Shown: in pieces, positions 1-12,339 of the stretch
How positions within the stretch are numbered: the first letter of the stretch is position 1
How the letters are laid out: every line of letters begins with the position of its first letter
DNA from: Macrostomum lignano
Lineage: Eukaryota
DNA length: 64,000 bases
Direction of reading: 5' to 3'
Assembly (NCBI GenBank): GCA_002269645.1
Contig: NIVC01000575.1
Coordinates: 467,630-531,629 of the forward strand
Notes under the pieces: generated by a model
Told to the model about the DNA's origin: nothing
The model's input: the letters and a program-made list of their open reading frames with translations, nothing else
Databases searched by the model: none
Program-made: the position numbers and the translations under genes

Positions 1-115
1 CATGGATGCTTAGGGGCGATGCTCATGGGTGTTTAGGTGGACGATTCTCATGGATGCTTAGGGTGATTCTCATGGATGTTTAGGGTGATTTTCATGGATG
101 TTTAGGGGCGATCCT
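1..115. repeat. About 22-bp tandem repeat containing TTAGGG
   Basis: About 5 diverged copies of CTCATGGATGYTTAGGGTGATT. Confidence 0.7.
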
Positions 116-327
116 ACTAAGCCTAAATACTAAAAAGGAAACAAAAAAGAAGAAACACAAAAGACGACAAACTGTTCAGCGTATTTTGTAATTTTTTTAC
201 TCCAACACGAGCGGCACAGACACTTGTCTCTATCGACACACAGAAGTTTCAGTCTGCGAGTCTGTCAGCAATCATGACGCACTGTCACAATTCGAATCTC
301 TAAGAATCCATTCACAAATCCAGCCGT

Positions 328-1740
328 TCACTTGTGCCCGTAGGACTCGATAATCTTCTGATACTTGGCCACCCGATCCTTGACCTTCTCGACGGCCTTG
401 GAGCGAAGCTGGCGGTCGCGCAGCTGGCGCTTGTGAAAGTGAGCCGATTTCACCTTGCGCCTGCGCTCCAGGGTGCCAATTACGCCCTGGTATTTCCAGC
501 CGACCTCGTGCGACAGGCGGCCGAGGACGCAGAACTTGCGGCGGGTCTTCAGCCGGAGGCACTTGAGCGCCGACGGCACCACCTGACGCTTGGCCTTGTC
601 GTAAGGGCTGGGGATGCCCTCGAACACCTGGATGTGTGTGACGGCGGGTGTTGCGAAGCGATGGTGATACAATTTCGGAGGAATCCGGGAGGGGATGCTA
701 AGGATGGAGAATCGGGGAATTAAGAGATGCTGAAGATGGAGAACAGGGGAGGGGAATCTGAGGATGGAGAATCGGAGAGGGGATGTAGGTGTTGGAGAGC
801 CGGGGAGGGGAATCTGACGATGGAGAATAAGAGAGGGGATGCAGGTGATGGAGAGCCGGGGAGGGGAATCTGAGGATGGAGAATCGGAGAGAGGATGCAG
901 CTGATGGAGAACAGAAGAGGGGAATATAACGATGGAGAATAAGAGAGGGGATGCAGGTGATGGAGAGCCGGGGAGGGGAATCTGATGATGGAGAATCGGA
1001 GAGGGGATGCAGGTGATGGAGAGCCGGGGAGGGGAATCTGACGATGGAGAATCGGAGAGGGATGCAGGTGATGGAGAGCCGGGGAGGGGAATCTGATGAT
1101 GAATCTGACGATGGAGAATAAGAGAGGGGATGCAGGTGATGGAGAGCCGGGGAGGGGAATCTGAGGATGAGAATAAGAGAGGGGATGCAGGTGATGGAGA
1201 GCCGGGGAGGGGAATCTGAAGATGGATAATCGGAGAGAGAAGGCAGCTTATGCAGCTGATGGAGAACCGGGGAGGGGAATCTGAGGATGGAGAATCCATG
1301 AGGATGGAGGATGGGGATGGAGGGGATCATGGATGGAGGGATGAGGATGGAGGGGATGATGCGGATGCAGAATCGGAGAGGGGATGCAGCGGATAGAGAA
1401 TGGGGCCAGACATGGAACAGCTGCTCACCTTCAAACGGTCAAGAGCCTCGGCGCCCCTGGCGAGCTTGTGCGGCAGCATGCCCCGCACGGTGCGCCAGAA
1501 GATCTTAGACGGGGCGCGGAAGTGGTACGGTCCCCGACTGGGTTTAGTGTTAAGCCGCTTGCGCAGAAACTCGTGGTAGCGAGTCTTGTTGCGAAAGAAG
1601 GAGCCGGATATGTTGATGCCCTCGCAGCGGACAACTACAACCCGCTGGCCGAGGAGCAGCGTCTTGGCGACCACGGCAGCCAGACGGCCGAGAAGGTGGC
1701 CGCGAGCGTCGATAATCAACGGGCTGGATTTGAATCCCAT
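328..1740 (-). CDS. RPL13A: 60S ribosomal protein L13a (uL13), 2 exons, 203 aa
   Basis: Exons complement(1429..1740, 328..627). Translation [22 protein letters not shown]...ALDRLK|[11 protein letters not shown]...[12 protein letters not shown] matches the L13a family. Phase-0 intron GTGAGC...CAG at 628..1428; stop TGA at 328-330. Confidence 0.97.
700..1400. repeat. About 55-bp G-rich minisatellite filling the RPL13A intron
   Basis: Unit GATGGAGAATCGGAGAGGGGATGCAGGTGATGGAGAGCCGGGGAGGGGAATCTGA. Confidence 0.9.
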
Positions 1741-1904
1741 TGCGGCATGCAGTTGGGAGTTTTTTTAGGTTGGATTTGTATAGGAATCAAAGTTAGTGAG
1801 CTGTGCGGCAGTGGCTGCCTTTAGCAGATAAGCTCTATTTCTACTAACTATAAAAAAGCACATCAGATAAACCAAAGGCTGAGTAGACAAAACTAAAAGA
1901 CCAG

Positions 1905-4500
1905 AGGATAAGCCACAGGACCAATAGGAGAAGGCGGGTAAGCCACAGGGCCAATAGGAGAAGGCGGGTAAGCCACAGGACTAATAGAAGGCGGGTAAGC
2001 CACAGGACCAATAGGAGAAGGCGGGTAAGCCATAGGACCAATAGGAGAAGGCGGGTAAGCCACAGGAACAATAGTAGAAGGCGGGTAAGCCACAGGACCA
2101 ATAGAAGGCGGGTAAGCCACAGGACCAATAGGAGAAGGCGGGTATGCCACAGGACCAATAGAAGAAGGCGGGTAAGCCACAGGACCAATAGAAGAAGGCG
2201 GGTAAGCCACAGGACCAATAGGAGAAGGCGGGTAAGCCACAGGACCAATATGAGAAGGCGGGTAAGCCACAGGACCAATAGGAGAAGGCGGGTAAGCCAC
2301 AGGACTAATAGGAGAAGGCGGGTAAGCCACAGGACCAATAGGAGAAGGCGGGTATGCCACAGGACCAATAGGAGAAGGCGGGTAAGCCACAGGACCAATA
2401 GAAGGCGGGTAAGCCACAGGACCAATAGAAGAAGGCGGGTAAGCCACAGGACCAATAGGAGAAGGCGGGTAAGCCACAGGACCAATAGGAGAAGGCGGGT
2501 AAGCCACAGGACCAATAGGAGAAGGCGGGTAAGCCACAGGACCAATAGAAGGCGGGTAAGCCACAGGACCAATAGAAGAAGGCGGGTAAGCCACAGGACC
2601 AATAGGAGAAGGCGGGTAAGCCACAGGACCAATAGGAGAAGGCGGGTATGCCACAGGACCAATAGGAGAAGGCGGGTAAGCCACAGGACCAATAGAAGGC
2701 GGGTAAGCCACAGGACCAATAGAAGAAGGCGGGTAAGCCACAGGACCAATAGGAGAAGGCGGGTAAGCCACAGGACCAATAGGAGAAGGCGGGTATGCCA
2801 CAGGACCAATAGGAGAAGGCGGGTAAGCCACAGGACTAATAGGAGAAGGCGGGTAAGCCACAGGACCAATAGGAGAAGGCGGGTATGCCACAGGACCAAT
2901 AGGAGAAGGCGGGTAAGCCACAGGACCAATAGAAGGCGGGTAAGCCACAGGACCAATAGAAGAAGGCGGGTAAGCCACAGGACCAATAGAAGAAGGCGGG
3001 TAAGCCACAGGACCAATAGGAGAAGGCGGGTAAGCCACAGGACCAATATGAGAAGGCGGGTAAGCCACAGGACCAATAGGAGAAGGCGGGTAAGCCACAG
3101 GACTAATAGGAGAAGGCGGGTAAGCCACAGGACCAATAGGAGAAGGCGGGTATGCCACAGGACCAATAGGAGAAGGCGGGTAAGCCACAGGACCAATAGA
3201 AGGCGGGTAAGCCACAGGACCAATAGAAGAAGGCGGGTAAGCCACAGGACCAATAGGAGAAGGCGGGTAAGCCACAGGACCAATAGGAGAAGGCGGGTAA
3301 GCCACAGGACCAATAGGAGAAGGCGGGTAAGCCACAGGACCAATAGAAGGCGGGTAAGCCACAGGACCAATAGAAGAAGGCGGGTAAGCCACAGGACCAA
3401 TAGGAGAAGGCGGGTAAGCCACAGGACCAATAGAAGGCGGGTAAGCCACAGGACCAATAGAAGGCGGGTAAGCCACAGGACCAATAGGAGAAGGCGGGTA
3501 AGCCACAGGACCAATAGGAGAAGGCGGGTGGGTAAGCCACATGGCCAATAGGTGAAGGTGGGTAAGCCACAGGACCAATAGAAGGCGGGTAAGCCACAGG
3601 ACCAATAGGAGAAGGCGGATAAGCCACAGGACCAATAGGAGAAGGCGGGTAAGCCACAGGACCAATAGGAGAAGGCGGGTAAGCCACAGGACCAATAGAA
3701 GGCGGGTAAGCCACAGGACCAATAGGAGAAGGCGGGTAAGCCACAGGACCAATAGGAGAAGGCGGGTAAGCCACAACACCAATAGGAGAAGGCGGGTAAG
3801 CCACAGGACCAATAGAAGGCGGGTAAGCCACAGGACTAATAGGAGAAGGCGGATAAGCCACAGGACCAATAGGAGAAGGCGGGTAAGCCACAGGACCAAT
3901 AGAAGGCGGGTAAGCCACAGGACCAATAGGAGAAGGCGGGTAAGCCACAGGACCAATAGGAGAAGGCGGGTGGGTAAGCCACAGGGCCAATAGGAGAAGG
4001 TGGGTAAGCCACAGGACCAATAGAAGGCGGGTAAGCCACAGGACCAATAGGAGAAGGTGGATAAGCCACAGGACCAATAGGAGAAGGCGGGTGGGTAAGC
4101 CACAGGGCCAATAGGAGAAGGTGGGTAAGCCACAGGACCAATAGAAGGCGGGTAAGCCACAGGACCAATAGAAGGCGGGTAAGCCACAGGACCAATAGGA
4201 GAAGGCGGGTGGGTAAGCCACAAGACTAATAGGAGAAGGCGGATAAGCCACAGGACCAATAGGAGAAGGGGGTGGGTAAGCCGCAGGACCAATAGGAGAA
4301 GGCGGGTAAGCCACAGGACCAATAGGAGAAGGGGGTAAGCCACAGGACCAATAGGAGAAGGCGGATAAGCCACAGGACCAATAGGAGAAGGCGGGTGGGT
4401 AAGCCACAGGACCAATAGGAGAAGGCGGGTGGGTAAGCCACAGGACCAATAGGAGAAGGCGGGTAAGCCACAGGACCAATAGGAGAAGGCGCATATGCCA
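1905..4500. repeat. 30/27-bp minisatellite between RPL13A and KARS (about 85-90 copies)
   Basis: Unit GGAGAAGGCGGGTAAGCCACAGGACCAATA, with 3-bp deletion variants and 4-bp GGTG insertions in the right-hand third. Confidence 0.97.
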
Positions 4501-5477
4501 AATGATTGTAACACCTATCTGTAAACTTTCTTTGCCAGCTCTAGTAGTTAAATTAATGAAAATGCAGTTAAAATCCATAGAAATAACAGTAAGTCAAAGT
4601 CAACAATGGTTTCCTACGCCAGACAACAGGTCAGAGAGTCCGTTGCATTGCTTTCATACTTGGACAACTCAGTCAGCAACAATCAAACCTGACAAGTGAT
4701 TTTTTTCATCCAATCAAATAGGAGCACACGCACAAAAATGGCCATAGATTCTGGCCCAGAAGAGAAAAACAATAGGCATTAATATATTATAATTATGAAT
4801 ATCGAATTGCAGGAGAAGTGTGTGTAAATTCATGGCGGCTCGAATATATGATAGATTAATAAACTCACTCAATTAATTATGTTAAAGTGAACGCAAACAA
4901 ACCGGTGATAACTAAGGGAAGCAAAATGGTTAAAATTAGATTCTATATATGGAGAAAGAGCAGGCAACAAAGGAAGCTAACACACAAGCACACATTCTAG
5001 ACAATAAATTTAATAGTGTAAGCAATTCAGCTAAGGGGAAGAAGTGCGCAACTTCTCAAATTTTGATTTCTTATGTCTAGAAATAACAGTTTATTTTTTT
5101 CCATTGCATTCCTAGTGCGCAGAGAGAAACTTTGAATGTGTGAACCAAAAAGATAAACAAAATAAACAATAAGCAAGAAAAATAGCCGGACGAAAATCAC
5201 AGAGTATTCACCCCAGAAACACGAGAAAACGCGGCTCAGGTAGGACGGGATGCTTTTGTTTCTTAGAAAATGTTTACTCATCCTAGTTGGACACACATTG
5301 TGATTAAAAGTTTTTTATCTTAGAGACAAAACAGCCTTCAAAAGTATTTGGTTCTAAGAAACAAAGAATTCCGCCTGTCTACACCAGCCGTCTTTCATAG
5401 AACAAATAAAAGCGGTTAACGTGTTCAATTCAGCTACTGACAGTAGTTTCATTGCAAACAAATACGATAGTAGTTGT

Positions 5478-8400
5478 TCAACTTTCGTGATTAGCACTAG
5501 CGGCCGCCGCGGCCGAACCGGAGCTCTCAGTGTTGGCCTCCGGTTTCATCGCCGGGAAGAACAGCACCTCCTTGATGTTGTTGGTGTCGGTCAGGAACAT
5601 AGCAAGCCGGTCCAGTCCCAGACCCCAGCCGGCAGTTGGCGGCAGGCCCATCTCTAATGCGCCGAGAAAAGTCTCGTCAACAAACATGGCCTCTTCGTCG
5701 CCTTGCGCTTTAGCAGCAGCCTGGGCTTCGAATAGCTGGCGTTGCACTATGGGGTCGTTCAATTCCGTATAGGCGTTGCAAATCTCGCGTCGGCAGGCGA
5801 ACAGTTCGAAGCGTTCCGTCAGGCCTGGGATGGACCGGTGCCACTTAGCCAGGGGAGACATGATCTGGCAATGGGGATGCGCGCGATTCTGTGCCGCAAG
5901 ACTCAATTCACAGTACGTAAGACAGCATCTGAATTGCACGGTTCAAGCTAGCGCCTTCTTAACCATAAGTACCTTGGGATGCCCGCTACCCCTCCCTCAT
6001 CAGTACCTCTGATGCTTGAGAATGCCCGCTACCCCTAATCAGTCCCTCTGATGTTTGAGCTGCCTTCTAACCCCCTCATCAGTCCCTCTGATGCTTGAGA
6101 ATGCCTGCTAACCCCCTCATCAGTCCCTCTGATGCTTGAGAATGCCTGCTAACCTCCTCATCAGTCCCTCTGATGTTTGAGAATGCCTGCTAACCCCCTC
6201 ATCAGTCCCTCTGATGTTTGAGAATGCCCGCTACCCCTAATCAGTCCCTCTGATGCTTGAGAATGCCCGCTACCCCTAATCAGTCCCTCTGATGCTTGAG
6301 AATGCCCGCTACCCCTCATCAGTCCCTCTGATATTTGAGCTGCCTTCTAACCCCCTCATCAGTCCCTCTGATGCTTGAGAATGCCTGCTAACCCCCTCAT
6401 CAGTCCCTCTGATGTTTGAGAATGCCTGCTAACCCCCTTATCAGTCCCTCTGATGCTTGAGAATGCCTTCTAACCCCCTCATCAGTCCCTCTGATGTTTG
6501 AGATGCCTGCTAACCCCCTTATCAGTCCCTCTGATGCTTGAGAATGCCCGCTACCCCTCATCAGTCCCTCTGATGTTTGAGCTGCCTTCTAACCCCCTCA
6601 TCAGTCCCTCTGATGCTTGAGAGGCCTGCTAACCCCCTCATCAGTCCCTCTGATGTTTGAGATGCCTGCTAACCCCCTCATCAGTCCCTCTGATGCTTGA
6701 GAATGCCTGCTAACCCCCTCATCAGTCCCTCTGATGCTTGAGAATGCCTGCTAACCCCCTCATCAGTCCCTCTGATGCTTGAGAATGCCTGCTAACCCCC
6801 TCATCAGTCCCTCTGATGCTTGAGAATGCCTGCTAACCCCCTCATCAGTCCCTCTGATGCTTGAGAATGCCTGCTAACCCCCTCATCAGTCCCTCTGATG
6901 CTTGAGAATGCCTGCTAACCCCCTCATCAGTCCCTCTGATGTCTGAGATGCCCGCTAACCCCCTCATCAGTCCCTCTGATGTCTGAGATGCCCGCTAACC
7001 CCCTCCCTCATCAGTCCCTCTGATGTCTGAGATGCCCGCTACCCCTCAGGTATCAATCGCTAATAAAATGAACTCACCTGCGGATGGTTAATCAGGAAAG
7101 TGGGATTAACACACTCAGTCTCTAAGAAGTCGCCAGCCAGTTTGTCCAACAAGCGGGGCACTGTCCTGGGCGGCTGGCATTCTACGTTGCGCTCAACACA
7201 AAGCCGGTCGAATAGAGCCCTGTTAATCGGGGTCAGGGAGACTGGCATACAGGTATGTTTAAGATTAAGAGATTAGGGGATAAAAGGTGATCAGTAAAAT
7301 GTAATAGAGACAATAAAGCATTGCTAATGAAGCAGTGTTAAAGGAAGGGTTAAGAGCTAGAGTGAATAATGGAAAAGTGAAGGGTCATGATGAGTGAGTG
7401 AAAGATCTGGATGAAGGGTGAGGGTGAAGGGTCTGGATAAAGGTAAAGGGTCTGGATGAAGGGTGAGTGTGAAGGGTCTGGATGAAGGGTGAAGGTGAGG
7501 GTGAAGGTGAGGGTGAAGGTGAGGGTGAAGGGTCTGGATGAAGAATGAGAGTGCAAGATCTGGATAAAGGGTGAGGGTGAAGGGTCTGGATGAAGGGTGA
7601 GAGTGCAAGGTCTGGATAAAGGGTGAGGGTGAAGGGTCTGGATGAAGGGTGAGAGTGCAAGGTCTAGATAAAGGGTGAGGGTGAAGGGTGAAGGGTCTGG
7701 ATGAAGGGTGAGGGTGAATGGTCTGGATGAAGGGTGAGAGTGCAAGGTCTAGATAAAGGGTGAGGGTGAAGGGTGAAAGGTCTGGATGAAGGGTGAGGGT
7801 GAAGGGTCTGGATGAAGGGTGAGGGTGAATGGTCTGGATGAAGGGTGAGGGTCTGAATGAAGGGTGAGAGTGGCGGACAGAATATATGGTCAAAACCGCA
7901 TGCATCAACCTGTCAGTCAAATAAGTAATACCTGGCTTCCTCCGTGCCCAGCGTATCCGGGGGAGGCAGCGCCACCCCAAGCCGTTTGCCCAGCTCGGCG
8001 TACAGATCCAACCGACGGAACGGCGGCGTGAAGTCCACCTCCCATTCCACACCTTCCTCCGGATGATAGACGATCTTGTGAGATCCGGTGAGCTCCTTGA
8101 CTAAGCCGGACAGAAGCTGCTCAGTGATGGCCATGAGATCATTGTAATCAGCGTAGGCCATGTAGAACTCGCACATGGTGAACTCGGGATTATGAGTCAG
8201 GTCGATGCCTTCATTGCGAAATTGTCGGCCAATTTCGTACACCCGATCGAAGCCGCCAACGATCAGCTGTTTGAGGAACAGCTCGGGAGCGACTCGAAGG
8301 TACAGATCTCGGTCAAGCTCGTTGTGATGCGTCACAAATGGCTTAGCAGTGGCGCCGCCAGGGATCACGTTCATGATGGGTGTCTCAACCTCCAGGAAGC

Positions 8401-10444
8401 CCATCTGGTCTAGGAACCTGCGCCAGATGAATGAGAGTTAGCACTGTCTTGAAACTGAGTAGCTTTGAGTGATAATAATTCAAAATTCTACCCTAGAAGA
8501 TAACATCGCAGGATTAAAGAGAGGCCTGCATCCTCAGGACTCTGAGTGAAGAATATTGAGCCCTTGAGAGTCACGGGATGAAGAATCTCACCCTTAGAGA
8601 GCAGCAGGATGAAGAATCTCACCCTTAGAGAGCAGCAGGATGAAGAATCTCACCCTTAGAGAGCAGCAGGATGAAGAATCTCACCCTTAGAGAGCAGCAG
8701 GATGAAGAATCTCACCCTTAGAGAGCAGCAGGATGAAGAATCTCACCCTTAGAGAGCAGCAGGATTAAGAATCTCACCCTTAGAGAGCAGCAGGATGAAG
8801 AATCTCACCCTTAAGGCCGCAGGATTAAGAATCTCACCCTTTAGAGAGCCGCAGGATGGAGAATCTCACCCTTAGAGAGCAGCAGGATTAAGAATCTCAC
8901 CCTTAGAGAGCAGCAGGATGAAGAATCTCACCCTTAGAGAGCAGCAGGATGAAGAATCTCACCCTTAGAGAGCAGCAGGATTAAGAATCTCACCCTTAGA
9001 GAGCAGCAGGATGAAGAATCTCACCCTTAAGGCCGCAGGATTAAGAATCTCACCCTTTAGAGAGCCGCAGGATGGAGAATCTCACTCTTAGAGAGCCGCA
9101 GGATGAAGAATCTCACCCTTAGAGAGCAGCAGGATGAAGAATCTCACCCTTAGAGAGCAGCAGGATTAAGAATCTCACCCTTAGAGAGCAGCAGGATGAA
9201 GAATCTCACCCTTAAGGCCGCAGGATTAAGAATCTCACCCTTAGAGCCGCAGGATTAAGAATCTCACCCTTAGAGCCGCAGGATTAAGAATCTCACCCTT
9301 AGAGCCGCAGGATTAAGAATCTCACCCTTAGAGCCGCAGGATTAAGAATCTCACCCTTAGAGCCGCAGGATAAGAATCTCACCATTAGAGAGCCGCAGGA
9401 TTAAGAATCTCACCCTTTGAGAGGCACAGGATTAAGAATCTCACCCTTAGAGCCGCAGGATAAGAATCTCACCCTTAGAGAGCAGCAGGATGAAGAATCT
9501 CACCCTTAAGGCCGCAGGATTAAGAATCTCACCCTTTAGAGAGCCGCAGGATGGAGAATCTCACCCTTAGAGAGCAGCAGGATGAAGAATCTCACCCTTA
9601 GAGAGCAGCAGGATGAAGAATCTCACCCTTAGAGCCGCAGGATTAAGAATCTCACCCTTAGAGCCGCAGGATAAGAATCTCACCATTAGAGAGCCGCAGG
9701 ATTAAGAATCTCACCCTTTGAGAGGCACAGGATTAAGAATCTCACCCTTAGAGCCGCAGGATAAGAATCTCACCATTAGAGAGCCGCAGGATTAAGAATC
9801 TCACCCTTTGAGAGGCACAGGATTAAGAATCTCATTCTTAGAGAACCGCATGATTAAGAATCTCACCCTTAGAGAGCCACAATATTAAAGAATCTCACCC
9901 TTTGAGAGGCACAGGATTAAGAATCTCATTCTTAGAGAACCGCATGATTAAGAATCTCATCCTTAGAGAGCCGCAGGATTAAGAATCTCACCCTTAGAGC
10001 ATATTCGATTCTGGGGGTCAAAGTTTTAGCTATAATATTGGCTATTTAAAAATTTACGAACCTGCGAACATAGGTAATAATCCGAGCCCTCATGATGAAC
10101 CGCTGTCGCACCTCAGAGTTAATGATCAGATCCAAATGTCGCTGTCTGAATCGAGTCTCCTTATCCTTGAGGCCATAGTGCAGATGCGGCAGCTGGCGAA
10201 GGCACGGTGCCAGCAGGCGCATCTCAGTAGGCAGGATACTCAGCTCGCCCTTAGCCGACCGAGTCGGCTTGCCAATCACGCCGACAATGTCGCCTCGCTT
10301 GAGCTCCTCGTTGGTCTTGTGAAAGTCCGGCCCAGTGTAATTGCCAGCGTTGGCTAGAATTTGCAGCTTAGTGCCCTCGCCGCGGATATCGTAGAAAATC
10401 AGCTTTGAGCCCTGGCGGTGTAAATTTGGTAGTAGTATTAATAT

Positions 10445-10476
<32 letters not shown>

Positions 10477-10494
10477 GCAGAAGCAGTAGTAATA

Positions 10495-10530
<36 letters not shown>

Positions 10531-10550
10531 GCAGAAGCAGTAGTAATAGA

Positions 10551-10584
<34 letters not shown>

Positions 10585-12299
10585 GCAGAAGCAGTAGTAA
10601 TAGTAGTAGTACTGTAGTAGTGGTAGTACTAGTAGTAACAGTAGTAGTAAAAACTCAAGTTACTCATAAAGAACAAATAGCGGTTATTAATAACCGCTGA
10701 CTACTATTCTACTGCTTATGTGCATGCACATTAAGTAGTATAATCTTCAGCAAGTATAACAGTTAAGCACACAACACTACATGTAACTACGTAACTGCTA
10801 TTTGGGCTACAGAATACAGATAGATAGATTATACTATTCAATGCGTGCCCCTTAGTAGTAGTAGTAGTAGTAGTCGCCCTTGATATTCAATACTAAAAAT
10901 AAGGCACAAATCAACATACCTGCAATCGCTTAGAGTGTATCCGGCCAGCAATACTGACTGTCACGTCCTCAGTTTGGCCAGCCTGCAGATGCCCATATTT
11001 GGCGATAAAATCGGTCAACGATATTGACACGTGAAATTTGTGCGGATAAGGCGTGGCGCCGCTCTCCTTCATGGCGCCAATTGCGGCGCTGCGCAACTCG
11101 AAGTACTTAGTGGGATCAATGTCGTCCATATCTATTGCTGCGGCTTTGGCGCCAGTCTTGTTGGCTGGGGCTGCCGCAGCTGCAGCGGCCTCCTTGGCGG
11201 CCTTCTCCTGCGCCTTCTGCTCGGCTTTGAGACGCCTCTTTTGCTCACTAAATGTTCAGTTAACAGATTGGAGTTTGTTAATTTACAGCTAATATTGTGA
11301 ACTTCTGAGATGCCAATGCTTATGAGGGAATTTCTCAGTTTCCAATGCTCACCACAGATACTAAAAGGCCACTTGGGCATATATACCTGGTAAAACAGCT
11401 GTCTACTTTCAGTTCAGTAACAAATAAGACTACATAAGCTATTTTATAAAAAGAAAAATTGGGTTGGGGGGGGGAAGTGTGGACAGGCGCAGTTGGAGGG
11501 TTTAGGCTGGGGGGGGTAAGAGCCAATAAATGTGCCTTGGCTTCATAAATACATTAAAATCCTTGTTTAACTTACTACTGAACTGAAAGTAGCTTACACG
11601 CAAATGTGCTGAGTGGGTATCTGGTTATTCTAGTATCTGTGATGACAGTTTTTAATCAGTCTTAAGCTCATGCAAGAATGTATATTCCTTAGTTATTCAA
11701 TAAATTTCATATTTTTAGGTTCATTTTACAAATTTAGGACAAAATGCATAAACTTTGATCTCTATTGCACAATTTCAGCCAATGGCCATAATTGTGGATA
11801 GCATCTAGTGTAGATTGTCCCCTGGCAATGTAAGTGTAGTCTGGTATACTGGCAAAGGGAAATACAGTGCAGTTCAGACCTTGGCTGCAATATTCCGTCA
11901 ACTTTTCTGGCCATGTACTGAATGGATTGAAGGTGATATTTTTTCTGAGTATCCTTTGCAACTTTTCATGCATGCTTGGATTGAGGATAAATAAAAAAGA
12001 CACCTGCAGAAATTTCCAACATGAAATATGCTAGAGAATTTAAATGATATTTCTGCTTACTACTTATGTATATACTGTATACTTGTTCATTTGTATTGGC
12101 AATTGTACATGTACCATTTGTTTATTTGCATATATATGTTAAGTTGAGTAGAAATCACAAAATTGAAAATGGATAAAATGATAAACATGTACATGTATGT
12201 GCATATATGGTTTACATGTATATACTTGTACAAAAATAAAATAGCAGCAAAAATGAAAATATGATGTTAAGGATGCAAAATATGTAGCTCGTATTATTG

Positions 12300-12339
<40 letters not shown>

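Noticed and set aside
1844-4578. Very long minus-strand ORFs (556, 873 and 491 aa)
   Set aside because: They are translations of a stop-free 30-bp minisatellite in several frames at once.
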